Sequence record: MH992123.1
Strand: one strand, 5' to 3'
From: Escherichia phage OLB145
Length of the DNA: 64,000 bases
Part shown: positions 8,058 to 15,461 of the stretch, piece after piece
Numbering within the stretch: the first letter of the stretch is position 1
How the letters are laid out: each line of letters opens with the position of its first letter
Position numbers and translations under genes: made by a program
Notes under the pieces: generated by a model
Database searches by the model: none
Seen by the model: the letters and a program-made list of their open reading frames with translations, nothing else
What the model was told of the DNA's origin: nothing

Positions 8058-8264
8058 ATGTTTAAGTTCTTAGACCTTATCTGGGCAGTCATTTTGCTGG
8101 TTGCTACAGGCTTTGTATATGGCTTCTTGCTCCCATCAATGATGTCTGCTTTAGACAGCATCATTGTTGTTATGGGCTTGATAGTCTGTATTGTGTGGCC
8201 TCTTATCGTAGGCCGTATCGTTTATCTTACAGTTAAGAAAAGGATGAGAAGAAAGCATGTATAA
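8058..8264 (+). CDS. Small integral membrane protein (two predicted TM helices, 68 aa)
   Basis: Track ORF 8022..8264; ATG at 8058 after GGAG; overlaps the start of the SPFH gene by 8 nt. Confidence 0.45.
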   Translation: MFKFLDLIWAVILLVATGFVYGFLLPSMMSALDSIIVVMGLIVCIVWPLIVGRIVYLTVKKRMRRKHV

Positions 8265-9093
8265 GTATATTGCAGTAGCAATTGCAGGGCTAATCATTGC
8301 TCTAAGTTTAACGAGCTGCTATGACCGAGTTGAACCAGGTAATGTAGGTATTATCGTTAACCGTCTCGGTGAAGATAAAGGTGTGGAAAATGAGGTTAAA
8401 GGTGTAGGCCGTTACTGGCTCACTTGGAATGAAGAACTTTATACATTCCCGACCTTTAAGCAGATGAAGACCTATGATGGTCTGTTCTACTTCCAACTGT
8501 CTGATGGTACTCAGATAGGTCACCAGATGGCTATCAGCTATAAAGTGAACCCTACTAAGGTAACTAATATCTTCCAGACGTATCGTAAGGGAGTTAATGA
8601 AATTACCGAGCAGGATTTACGACAACGTATTGCTGATGTACTTAACAGACAGGGTAACTTGATTAACACTGATACCTTTATTGATGGTGGTAAATCTAAG
8701 CTACTGGATAGTGTCACTGACACAATCCGTAAAGAGATGGAACCAGTGGGGATTGATATTATTGCTATCTCCTGGATTGGTGCTCCTGAATACCCTGACA
8801 ACGTTAAACGTGCCATTAATGCCAAAGTAGAAGCTACTCAGAAAACTCTGCAACGTGAGCAAGAGATTCAGCAACGTGTAGCTGAAGCTAATATGGAACG
8901 TGAACAAGCTAAGGGTGTAGCAGATGCTATTCTGATTAAGGCTAAAGCAGAGGCTGACGCTATTCGTTTACGTGGTGAAGCACTCACCGAGAACCCAAAT
9001 GTAATGCAACTGGAAGCCATTAATAAGTGGAATGGTACATTACCTACCACAATGATTCCTGGGGCTACTACACCTTTCGTTAATGTGAAATAA
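8257..9093 (+). CDS. SPFH/band-7 (prohibitin/HflK-like) domain lipoprotein
   Basis: N-terminal signal with LTSC lipobox; VEPGNVGIIVNRLG and a coiled-coil QREQEIQQRVAEANMEREQAKG region typical of SPFH proteins. Confidence 0.65.
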   Translation: MYKYIAVAIAGLIIALSLTSCYDRVEPGNVGIIVNRLGEDKGVENEVKGVGRYWLTWNEELYTFPTFKQMKTYDGLFYFQLSDGTQIGHQMAISYKVNPTKVTNIFQTYRKGVNEITEQDLRQRIADVLNRQGNLINTDTFIDGGKSKLLDSVTDTIRKEMEPVGIDIIAISWIGAPEYPDNVKRAINAKVEATQKTLQREQEIQQRVAEANMEREQAKGVADAILIKAKAEADAIRLRGEALTENPNVMQLEAINKWNGTLPTTMIPGATTPFVNVK

Positions 9094-9099
9094 CTAAGC

Positions 9100-9130
9100 A
9101 AACCCACCATTACGGTGGGTTTATTTTTTT
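9100..9130 (+). terminator. Rho-independent terminator
   Basis: AAACCCACC-ATTA-CGGTGGGTTT hairpin then T7. Confidence 0.6.
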
Positions 9131-9156
9131 GAAGTTATCTAACACTGGGTATTCCT

Positions 9157-9381
9157 ATGAAAGTAAATGTTTTACGTCGTAAGAAAGTTCCTTTCTTTCA
9201 AATCAATTGTGGTTCATGTTTTCAACACGATGATGACTACTATATGAAGTGTAGTTATCAATCTAAAGAACACTTCTACGGTGTGAATTTACAAACAGGG
9301 CATCTGTTCACATTTGATAATAATGACTTTGTTTATCCTGTGACTTTAGAAGCATGTATTCCTGACCCGCTTAATAAATAG
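9157..9381 (+). CDS. Hypothetical protein (74 aa)
   Basis: ATG ORF, weak RBS. Confidence 0.4.
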   Translation: MKVNVLRRKKVPFFQINCGSCFQHDDDYYMKCSYQSKEHFYGVNLQTGHLFTFDNNDFVYPVTLEACIPDPLNK

Positions 9382-9382
9382 T

Positions 9383-9739
9383 ATGGCTCAAGAAAAGAAT
9401 CGTCGTCAGACACTTATCGAACGTATTCAGGCCAGAATCAAATTACAGGACTTAGGCTATACCGTTAATGGTCAGCCTAGTCTCTGTCACATCTGGACTG
9501 GTTCACATTCAGGTAATGGACGTGGTGGGCAATATGGCAGGATTTCCGTGAATGGAGTTACCTCTGCAACTCACATTATTGCCTATACCCATTATCATGG
9601 TTATATCCCCAATAAGATGCAAGTAGACCATCTCTGTAATAACCGTCTGTGCTGTAACCCTGAACATCTTGAATTGGTTACTCACCAAGAGAACCAGAGA
9701 AGAAGGGCTAAGCGTTCTAAATCTAAAGGAAATAAATAA
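9383..9739 (+). CDS. HNH endonuclease (homing-endonuclease-like)
   Basis: H..H...DHLCNNRLCCNPEHLE..HQEN signature of HNH nucleases. Confidence 0.7.
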   Translation: MAQEKNRRQTLIERIQARIKLQDLGYTVNGQPSLCHIWTGSHSGNGRGGQYGRISVNGVTSATHIIAYTHYHGYIPNKMQVDHLCNNRLCCNPEHLELVTHQENQRRRAKRSKSKGNK

Positions 9740-9910
9740 ATGATTAAAAAACTTATTTGTAAACTTATTGCAGCAATCTTAATTAGTATTATTGGTATTG
9801 CATGGGTAATTTCTACGCCAGATAACGTTATGCAACAAATTTATTATGCTGTGTATACATCAACCTCTTTTGTTTGGGTTTATGTAATGTACCGTATTTG
9901 CAGCGACTAA
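9740..9910 (+). CDS. Small hydrophobic membrane protein (about 56 aa), below the track cutoff
   Basis: ATG directly after the HNH stop; two hydrophobic stretches. Confidence 0.3.
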   Translation: MIKKLICKLIAAILISIIGIAWVISTPDNVMQQIYYAVYTSTSFVWVYVMYRICSD

Positions 9911-9939
9911 TACTTAATATAGCTTAACTGGAGAGTAAA

Positions 9940-10998
9940 ATGGCTAGTATTGATTCTATTGCCGTATGTAATCCACGGCAGGTACGTAAATTTGTTGAAC
10001 ACTGTATCCGTTCAGGATTGGTTCCATTTATCACTTCATCCCCTGGCATGGGTAAATCTGCAATTGTTCATCAGATTGCAGAAGATTTTGGCCTGAAACT
10101 GATTGACCATCGTCTGTCTACTTCAGCACCAGAAGACCTGTCAGGTCTGCCTCGTTTTAAAGAAAATGGTCGTGCTGAATTTGCTCCATTTGATGAGCTA
10201 TTCCCACTGGAAGGGGATGCTGTACCTGAAGGATTTAATGGCTGGCTTCTCTTTCTCGATGAGTTTAACTCTGCTCGTAAAGAGATTCAGGCTGCTGCTT
10301 ATAAACTGGTACTCGACCGTATGACCGGTCAGAAGAAGCTACATCCTTATGTAGCTATCGTATGTGCTGGTAACAAAGCAACTGACCGTGCCATTACTAA
10401 TAACCTGTCTACAGCTATGCAATCACGTCTTATTCATCTGGAAATGGAGACTGATTTTGATGTCTTCATGGAAGATGTAGCCATCCCTAATAAGTGGGAT
10501 GAGCGTGTAATTGCATTCCTGAATGCTAACCCAAATAAACTGAATGATTTTGAACCAGACCATCAAGAGAAGACTTTCTGTTGTTCTCGTACATGGGAGT
10601 TCGTTAACAAGATTGTTTCCATTCTCCCACCAGGACCAATTGATAGTGAAATGACTCTACTGTTAGCAGGCACTATCACTTCTGGTGTAGCAACATCATT
10701 CGTCCAGTTTACTCAGGTCTATAGCAACATGGTGTCTTTGAATGAGATTTTGGATAATCCTAAGAAAGCTCGTATGCCTGAAGACAATAACCTGTTGTGG
10801 GCTGTAGTCACTTCACTGATTAACAATACTGACGAAGATAATCATTCGAAAATCTTTGATTACGTTGAACGTATGCCATTTACGTTCAAGGTTTTGTACT
10901 ACCGTTCCGTAGGTAGTCTGGTTCCAGCTTTAGTTAAATTACCGAACTGGCGTGTTGCTGCAATCACATTATCTAAATACGTTCATGGTTCCAATTAA
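9940..10998 (+). CDS. MoxR-like AAA+ ATPase (N4 gp24-like)
   Basis: Walker A SSPGMGKS, Walker B LLFLDEFN; followed by a vWA-domain gene, the usual MoxR partner. Confidence 0.7.
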   Translation: MASIDSIAVCNPRQVRKFVEHCIRSGLVPFITSSPGMGKSAIVHQIAEDFGLKLIDHRLSTSAPEDLSGLPRFKENGRAEFAPFDELFPLEGDAVPEGFNGWLLFLDEFNSARKEIQAAAYKLVLDRMTGQKKLHPYVAIVCAGNKATDRAITNNLSTAMQSRLIHLEMETDFDVFMEDVAIPNKWDERVIAFLNANPNKLNDFEPDHQEKTFCCSRTWEFVNKIVSILPPGPIDSEMTLLLAGTITSGVATSFVQFTQVYSNMVSLNEILDNPKKARMPEDNNLLWAVVTSLINNTDEDNHSKIFDYVERMPFTFKVLYYRSVGSLVPALVKLPNWRVAAITLSKYVHGSN

Positions 10999-11164
10999 TA
11001 AGAAGGGAGTTACAGACCTCCTGTATGTTGCTGGCTTTAACGGTGAAGAAATTACCGTATATGCCCCAAGTCTGGCTGCTGCTAAACAAAAGGCAGTTGA
11101 ATACTTTCGTCCAAAGAAACGTGTAGCCCATACTATTTGGGTTCATCTCGCAGAGGAAAACTGA
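10985..11164 (+). CDS. Small hypothetical protein
   Basis: Track ORF 10952..11164 overlapping the ATPase end; start uncertain. Confidence 0.2.
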   Translation: MVPINKKGVTDLLYVAGFNGEEITVYAPSLAAAKQKAVEYFRPKKRVAHTIWVHLAEEN

Positions 11165-11165
11165 T

Positions 11166-12308
11166 ATGTCCATGACAGATGCTCAATTAACCCGTGAATA
11201 TGACAGATGTCAGGCTAAAGCCTTTATGGGCAAAACTGCTGCATTCTTTGGTTCACTGTTATGTTCCCTGAAGTTCCGTTGGGTAAAAGATGGCTGTGAT
11301 ACAGCACAAACCGATGGTGAGCATCTCGAATGGAATCCTGATTGGTTTGAAAGTCTATTACCTGAATCTCGTGTAACAGTACTTATGCATGAACTATGGC
11401 ATGTTGGCTTACTGCATTCTGTTCGTATGGGTTCTCGTGACCCAGAAGTATGGAATTATGCCTGTGATATTTATATCAACAATCAGCTTATTCAGGATGG
11501 CTACAGCTTTATAGGAATCGAAAATTGCTGGAAAGACCCTAAGTATGCTGGTTGGGCTGAAGAACAAATCTATGATGACCTCATGAGCAAACAGATACGT
11601 CCTCCTAAAGCACATGGTGCTTTTGGGACTGGCTCAGGTGGTGACATGAAATCTTCCACTTCGAAGGCTAGTCAGGTGAATATTGTCAATAATGTAGTAA
11701 GAGCCATGCACCAACAGAAACTATCTGGTGGCTCTTTGCCTGGGGTATTACCTGGAAAAATGGAAGAAGTTATTACTCAATTCCTGAAACCAGTAGTACC
11801 GTGGCAGGTTTTACTTGAACGCTTCTTCAATGACCTGCAAGAAACTTACTACTCATGGCAACGGCCTAATCGTAGATACCCTGATATGTACCTACCATCT
11901 CCTATGGATGATGACGGTAGACTGGAACATCTGGCTTATTTCCTCGATACATCTGGCTCCATTAAACCTAAAGATGCTTTACGCTTTAGCTCTGAAGTGG
12001 CCTATGTAAAAGAGAAATATCAGCCTCAGAAGATGACTCTAGTTCAGTTCACTACAGAGATTGTAGACGAACAAGTCATTGAAGATGGTGATAAGTTTAC
12101 TGATGTCACTATCAAAGGACGAGGTGGTACTAGTCTGGTTCCTGTACGTGAGTGGATTATTAAGCATAAGCCTACTGCTGCCATTATCTTTACTGACTTA
12201 GAAGTCAGACCGATGGAGCCATTGCCATTTGACATTCCTGTCATATGGGTAGTTATTCGTAACCCTGGTGCACAAGTTCCATTTGGGAAAATTATTAACA
12301 TTACATGA
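11166..12308 (+). CDS. vWA-domain protein with N-terminal HExxH putative metallopeptidase-like region (N4 gp25-like)
   Basis: HELWHVGLLH motif; DTSGSI MIDAS-like vWA motif; GAGGA RBS. Confidence 0.65.
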   Translation: MSMTDAQLTREYDRCQAKAFMGKTAAFFGSLLCSLKFRWVKDGCDTAQTDGEHLEWNPDWFESLLPESRVTVLMHELWHVGLLHSVRMGSRDPEVWNYACDIYINNQLIQDGYSFIGIENCWKDPKYAGWAEEQIYDDLMSKQIRPPKAHGAFGTGSGGDMKSSTSKASQVNIVNNVVRAMHQQKLSGGSLPGVLPGKMEEVITQFLKPVVPWQVLLERFFNDLQETYYSWQRPNRRYPDMYLPSPMDDDGRLEHLAYFLDTSGSIKPKDALRFSSEVAYVKEKYQPQKMTLVQFTTEIVDEQVIEDGDKFTDVTIKGRGGTSLVPVREWIIKHKPTAAIIFTDLEVRPMEPLPFDIPVIWVVIRNPGAQVPFGKIINIT

Positions 12309-12314
12309 GGTTTT

Positions 12315-12821
12315 ATGGTTGTTAATGGAAAACTATTGTTAGGTGCTATGCCCATTAAGGGCATGGTTAACAGTAAACTCAGTTCAGGTGAGACTACATT
12401 TGGACTGGGAGAAGCTGGTTATGACATCCGTATTAAACAGGATGTTACCTTCTACCGATTTCTTGGTTTGATTCCCTGCATCAAGATTAAAGATGAAGGA
12501 AAGACCAAGTGGAAGTTTGGCACTTTCACATTAGCTTCTGCAATGGAACGTTTCAATGTACCTGCTGGCCTAGTAGGTATTGTCCATGACAAATCCACAT
12601 GGGCAAGGCGTACATTATCTGTATTCAATACCGTTATTGAACCAGGATGGTCAGGCTATCTGACTTTAGAACTGGTTTATCACGGTCGTAAAAAACTTCA
12701 TATCCCTGCTGGTTCAGGTATTGCTCAGGTCATCTTCCATGAGACAGTAGAGAATACTGCCTACAATGGACGATACCAGAACCAGCCTAATCAACCTGTA
12801 GCTGCTAAGTCAGCTCGTTAA
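12315..12821 (+). CDS. dCTP deaminase / dUTPase-fold enzyme
   Basis: GEAGYDIR and GWSGYLTLELVYHG motifs typical of the dCTP deaminase-dUTPase superfamily. Confidence 0.55.
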   Translation: MVVNGKLLLGAMPIKGMVNSKLSSGETTFGLGEAGYDIRIKQDVTFYRFLGLIPCIKIKDEGKTKWKFGTFTLASAMERFNVPAGLVGIVHDKSTWARRTLSVFNTVIEPGWSGYLTLELVYHGRKKLHIPAGSGIAQVIFHETVENTAYNGRYQNQPNQPVAAKSAR

Positions 12822-12834
12822 TTAAGGAAATATC

Positions 12835-13035
12835 ATGTCTATCTTTACTACTAAGGTTAATGGTCAGAAAGTTACTGTTGTTGCTCGTAACGTAGCTTAC
12901 GTTACTGAAAACAGTGAAGGCCATGGTGTAATTACTTTTACTAACGGTGATTCCATTGATACCCAGGTAGGTTATGACTCTATCCGTCGTAACGTAGCTA
13001 AAGCACTTGATGGTGCTAAAGACATCGCAGAGTAA
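12835..13035 (+). CDS. Hypothetical protein (66 aa)
   Basis: ATG with AAGGAAA RBS. Confidence 0.45.
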   Translation: MSIFTTKVNGQKVTVVARNVAYVTENSEGHGVITFTNGDSIDTQVGYDSIRRNVAKALDGAKDIAE

Positions 13036-13110
13036 GGTGTTTACAGTAATGGGGCTATATAGTAGCCCTATTTATGGAAATTCCTTTCTCCATTGCTTAG
13101 TCCCAACTAT

Positions 13111-13133
13111 GCCCACTTTATGTGGGCTTTTTT
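13111..13133 (+). terminator. Rho-independent terminator
   Basis: GCCCAC-TTTAT-GTGGGC hairpin plus T6. Confidence 0.55.
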
Positions 13134-13148
13134 AATTAGAGACTATGT

Positions 13149-13391
13149 ATGAGCAAACTAGGTATACACGTTTACATAGATGAAGCCGAGAAGATATACC
13201 CCTATACCTTATTTAGTTCCAGTGATTTACTTCAGATGAAGGTAAACTCCATCATCGTAAACTACTGGTATAACGATAAGAATTGGGATTACTGGGCTGC
13301 ACGACAGAAGAGTAAGAACAAGAAAGATATATTCAAAAGCAAATCAACTCCACATATGTTTCCTTGGTATCACAGAAACCGGAGATATTGA
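13149..13391 (+). CDS. Hypothetical protein (80 aa)
   Basis: ATG ORF; stop overlaps the next start. Confidence 0.4.
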   Translation: MSKLGIHVYIDEAEKIYPYTLFSSSDLLQMKVNSIIVNYWYNDKNWDYWAARQKSKNKKDIFKSKSTPHMFPWYHRNRRY

Positions 13392-13852
13392 TGACAAGAA
13401 TACCATTTTTAAAACCTAGAAAACGAACACCAAAGCTGTATCAAAAGACCTCAGAAGACGGTTTAGCCTTGAACCAGAAAGCTATTAAGGCCGTTAGTGC
13501 ACTGGTTCAAGGTAAACAGGATGCTGTTGCTTTACGTCTTGTTGTTGAGCAAATCTTAGTTGCTCTGACACTGGCTCAAGTAGCTAAACAAGAAGGTAAA
13601 CAAGAAACCTGTAAAACAGCATTAGGTGCTTTGTACTGGTTGTATAAAGACCTTGCTGACAACTTTGAAATGTCTATGGATAAGTGGCAGGGCATTTCTT
13701 GTGTACTTGCTCTTAGAGAAGGGCAGGAATTACTGTCTACTCTACCAAAAGCAGAATTTAAACTCGCCTACACTGGAGCACAAAAGATTGTTCTTGGTTC
13801 CAGTAAGGACATCTTTAACCACCTCAAGCTATTCAAGGCTTTCTATGATTAA
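13391..13852 (+). CDS. Hypothetical protein (153 aa)
   Basis: Track ORF 13364..13852 starts at TTG; ATG at 13391 after GGAGA. Confidence 0.45.
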   Translation: MTRIPFLKPRKRTPKLYQKTSEDGLALNQKAIKAVSALVQGKQDAVALRLVVEQILVALTLAQVAKQEGKQETCKTALGALYWLYKDLADNFEMSMDKWQGISCVLALREGQELLSTLPKAEFKLAYTGAQKIVLGSSKDIFNHLKLFKAFYD

Positions 13853-14786
13853 TGCAAAAATCCTCGCTGATAGTATTACTATTTCTGGTGACCGCCTGGT
13901 AACAATGGAACTGGTTTATCCGCGTTTCATTCATTCAGAATTTATGACTCACCGAGCACTTAATCGTAATGCTTCCAGTAGTCGTGCTATTCCTACCCAA
14001 CGCCTTATTGAGCAAGTTCGTAATGAACCAGTAATGCCAGTACATTGGGGTAAGAACCAGAAAGGAATGCAGGCAAGTGAAGAACTCACTCCTATGGAAA
14101 TTAAGGATGCTGAGTTCATTTGGGAAAATGCTGCCTCTGCTGCTGCTGTGTATGCTGAACAACTTCGTCGTGGACAAGTACATAAGCAGATTGTTAATCG
14201 TATTCTGGAACCATTCACGCATATCCGTGTAGTAGTGACAGCTACTCAATGGAATAACTTCTTTGGTTTACGCATTCATCCCGATGCTCAACCAGAGATT
14301 TGTGAATTGGCTACTAAGATGAAGGAACAGTATGACCAATCAAAACCCCGTACCCTGTTGGCTGGGGAATGGCATTTGCCGTACATTACTAATAGTGATT
14401 ACCTCGATGCTTATGATTATTGCAAACATCAACGAATTACTCGTGATGAACCAAGTAGTGATGAGATTAATTGCCTGTTAGTAAAAATCTCTGCTGCTCG
14501 TTGTGCCCGTGCTTCCTATAACAACTTTAAAGGTACTCCTTCTACTATCGAAGAAGACCTGCGTTTGTTCTCTAAATTGGTTGAAAGTAAGCCTGTTCAC
14601 GCAAGCCCTACTGAACATCAAGCAACTCCTCAGCATGTAATGAGTAAAGGCTTAAATGAGCCTACTGACCCATCTACATGGGAAAATGGCATTAGCCACA
14701 TGGACAGAAATTTACGTTTATACTCAGGTAATCTGTGTGGCTGGATTCAATTCCGTAAGCTGCTTGCAGATGAATGCATCCACTAA
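13845..14786 (+). CDS. thyX: Flavin-dependent thymidylate synthase ThyX-like
   Basis: ThyX-like HR-x7-S motif (EFMTHRALNRNASSSRA); start taken at the internal ATG that overlaps the upstream stop. Confidence 0.55.
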   Translation: MINAKILADSITISGDRLVTMELVYPRFIHSEFMTHRALNRNASSSRAIPTQRLIEQVRNEPVMPVHWGKNQKGMQASEELTPMEIKDAEFIWENAASAAAVYAEQLRRGQVHKQIVNRILEPFTHIRVVVTATQWNNFFGLRIHPDAQPEICELATKMKEQYDQSKPRTLLAGEWHLPYITNSDYLDAYDYCKHQRITRDEPSSDEINCLLVKISAARCARASYNNFKGTPSTIEEDLRLFSKLVESKPVHASPTEHQATPQHVMSKGLNEPTDPSTWENGISHMDRNLRLYSGNLCGWIQFRKLLADECIH

Positions 14787-14832
14787 GTAGGTCTTTTGTG
14801 GGTGTAGACCACTCATAATAAACTCCGCTATT

Positions 14833-14859
14833 TGCCCCCTGCATGGGGGCAATTTTTTT
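14833..14859 (+). terminator. Rho-independent terminator
   Basis: TTGCCCCC-TGCAT-GGGGGCAA hairpin plus T7. Confidence 0.6.
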
Positions 14860-14883
14860 GATTCCATGTACATAGGAGGCTAT

Positions 14884-15117
14884 ATGGCTAAACCACGTAA
14901 ATTCCGTATTAAGGATAAGCCTGTAATGGGTAGTGCTGCTGGTCAGTCACACGAGAAAGGAGACATTGTTTATGAATGCCTTCAGTATGATTACGGCGTT
15001 GCTCATGATGACACTCGTGCTACTGGTGTCCCACATACCTCAGTAACTCTTGAAGAAGATGGTAGCTACCCATTCTTCACTGTTCCTACTCATAACCTGG
15101 AAGAAATTCATGATTGA
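14884..15117 (+). CDS. Hypothetical protein (77 aa)
   Basis: AGGAGG RBS before ATG at 14884. Confidence 0.45.
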   Translation: MAKPRKFRIKDKPVMGSAAGQSHEKGDIVYECLQYDYGVAHDDTRATGVPHTSVTLEEDGSYPFFTVPTHNLEEIHD

Positions 15118-15436
15118 CCCAAATATCATCCATGCCAAAACAGGCGAATCCCATAAGCTGTCTGAATATTCCAAAGTAGAAGATATTGCAGTTTGTCCTG
15201 CAAATATTGCTTCTCTTTGCATCTGTATTGCAGAGCTATCTAAAGAACGCCAACTATGGCTATCTCCTAATAAAACAATGGTTCAGGCAGGTCTGGCAGA
15301 AGTACAACGTATGCTGGATGAATGGTCTGAAGACCAGATGTTCATTGATGGCAATGCAGAAGCAATAACCGATGACATGGCCTCTGATATGGCTGTGTTT
15401 GTATTACAAGCAATGGCTGAAAAGCGTAGTAGTTAA
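15110..15436 (+). CDS. Hypothetical protein (108 aa)
   Basis: Internal ATG overlapping the upstream stop; track ORF 15050..15436. Confidence 0.4.
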   Translation: MIDPNIIHAKTGESHKLSEYSKVEDIAVCPANIASLCICIAELSKERQLWLSPNKTMVQAGLAEVQRMLDEWSEDQMFIDGNAEAITDDMASDMAVFVLQAMAEKRSS

Positions 15437-15461
15437 TTAATAATTTACTGGAGAAAATTCG

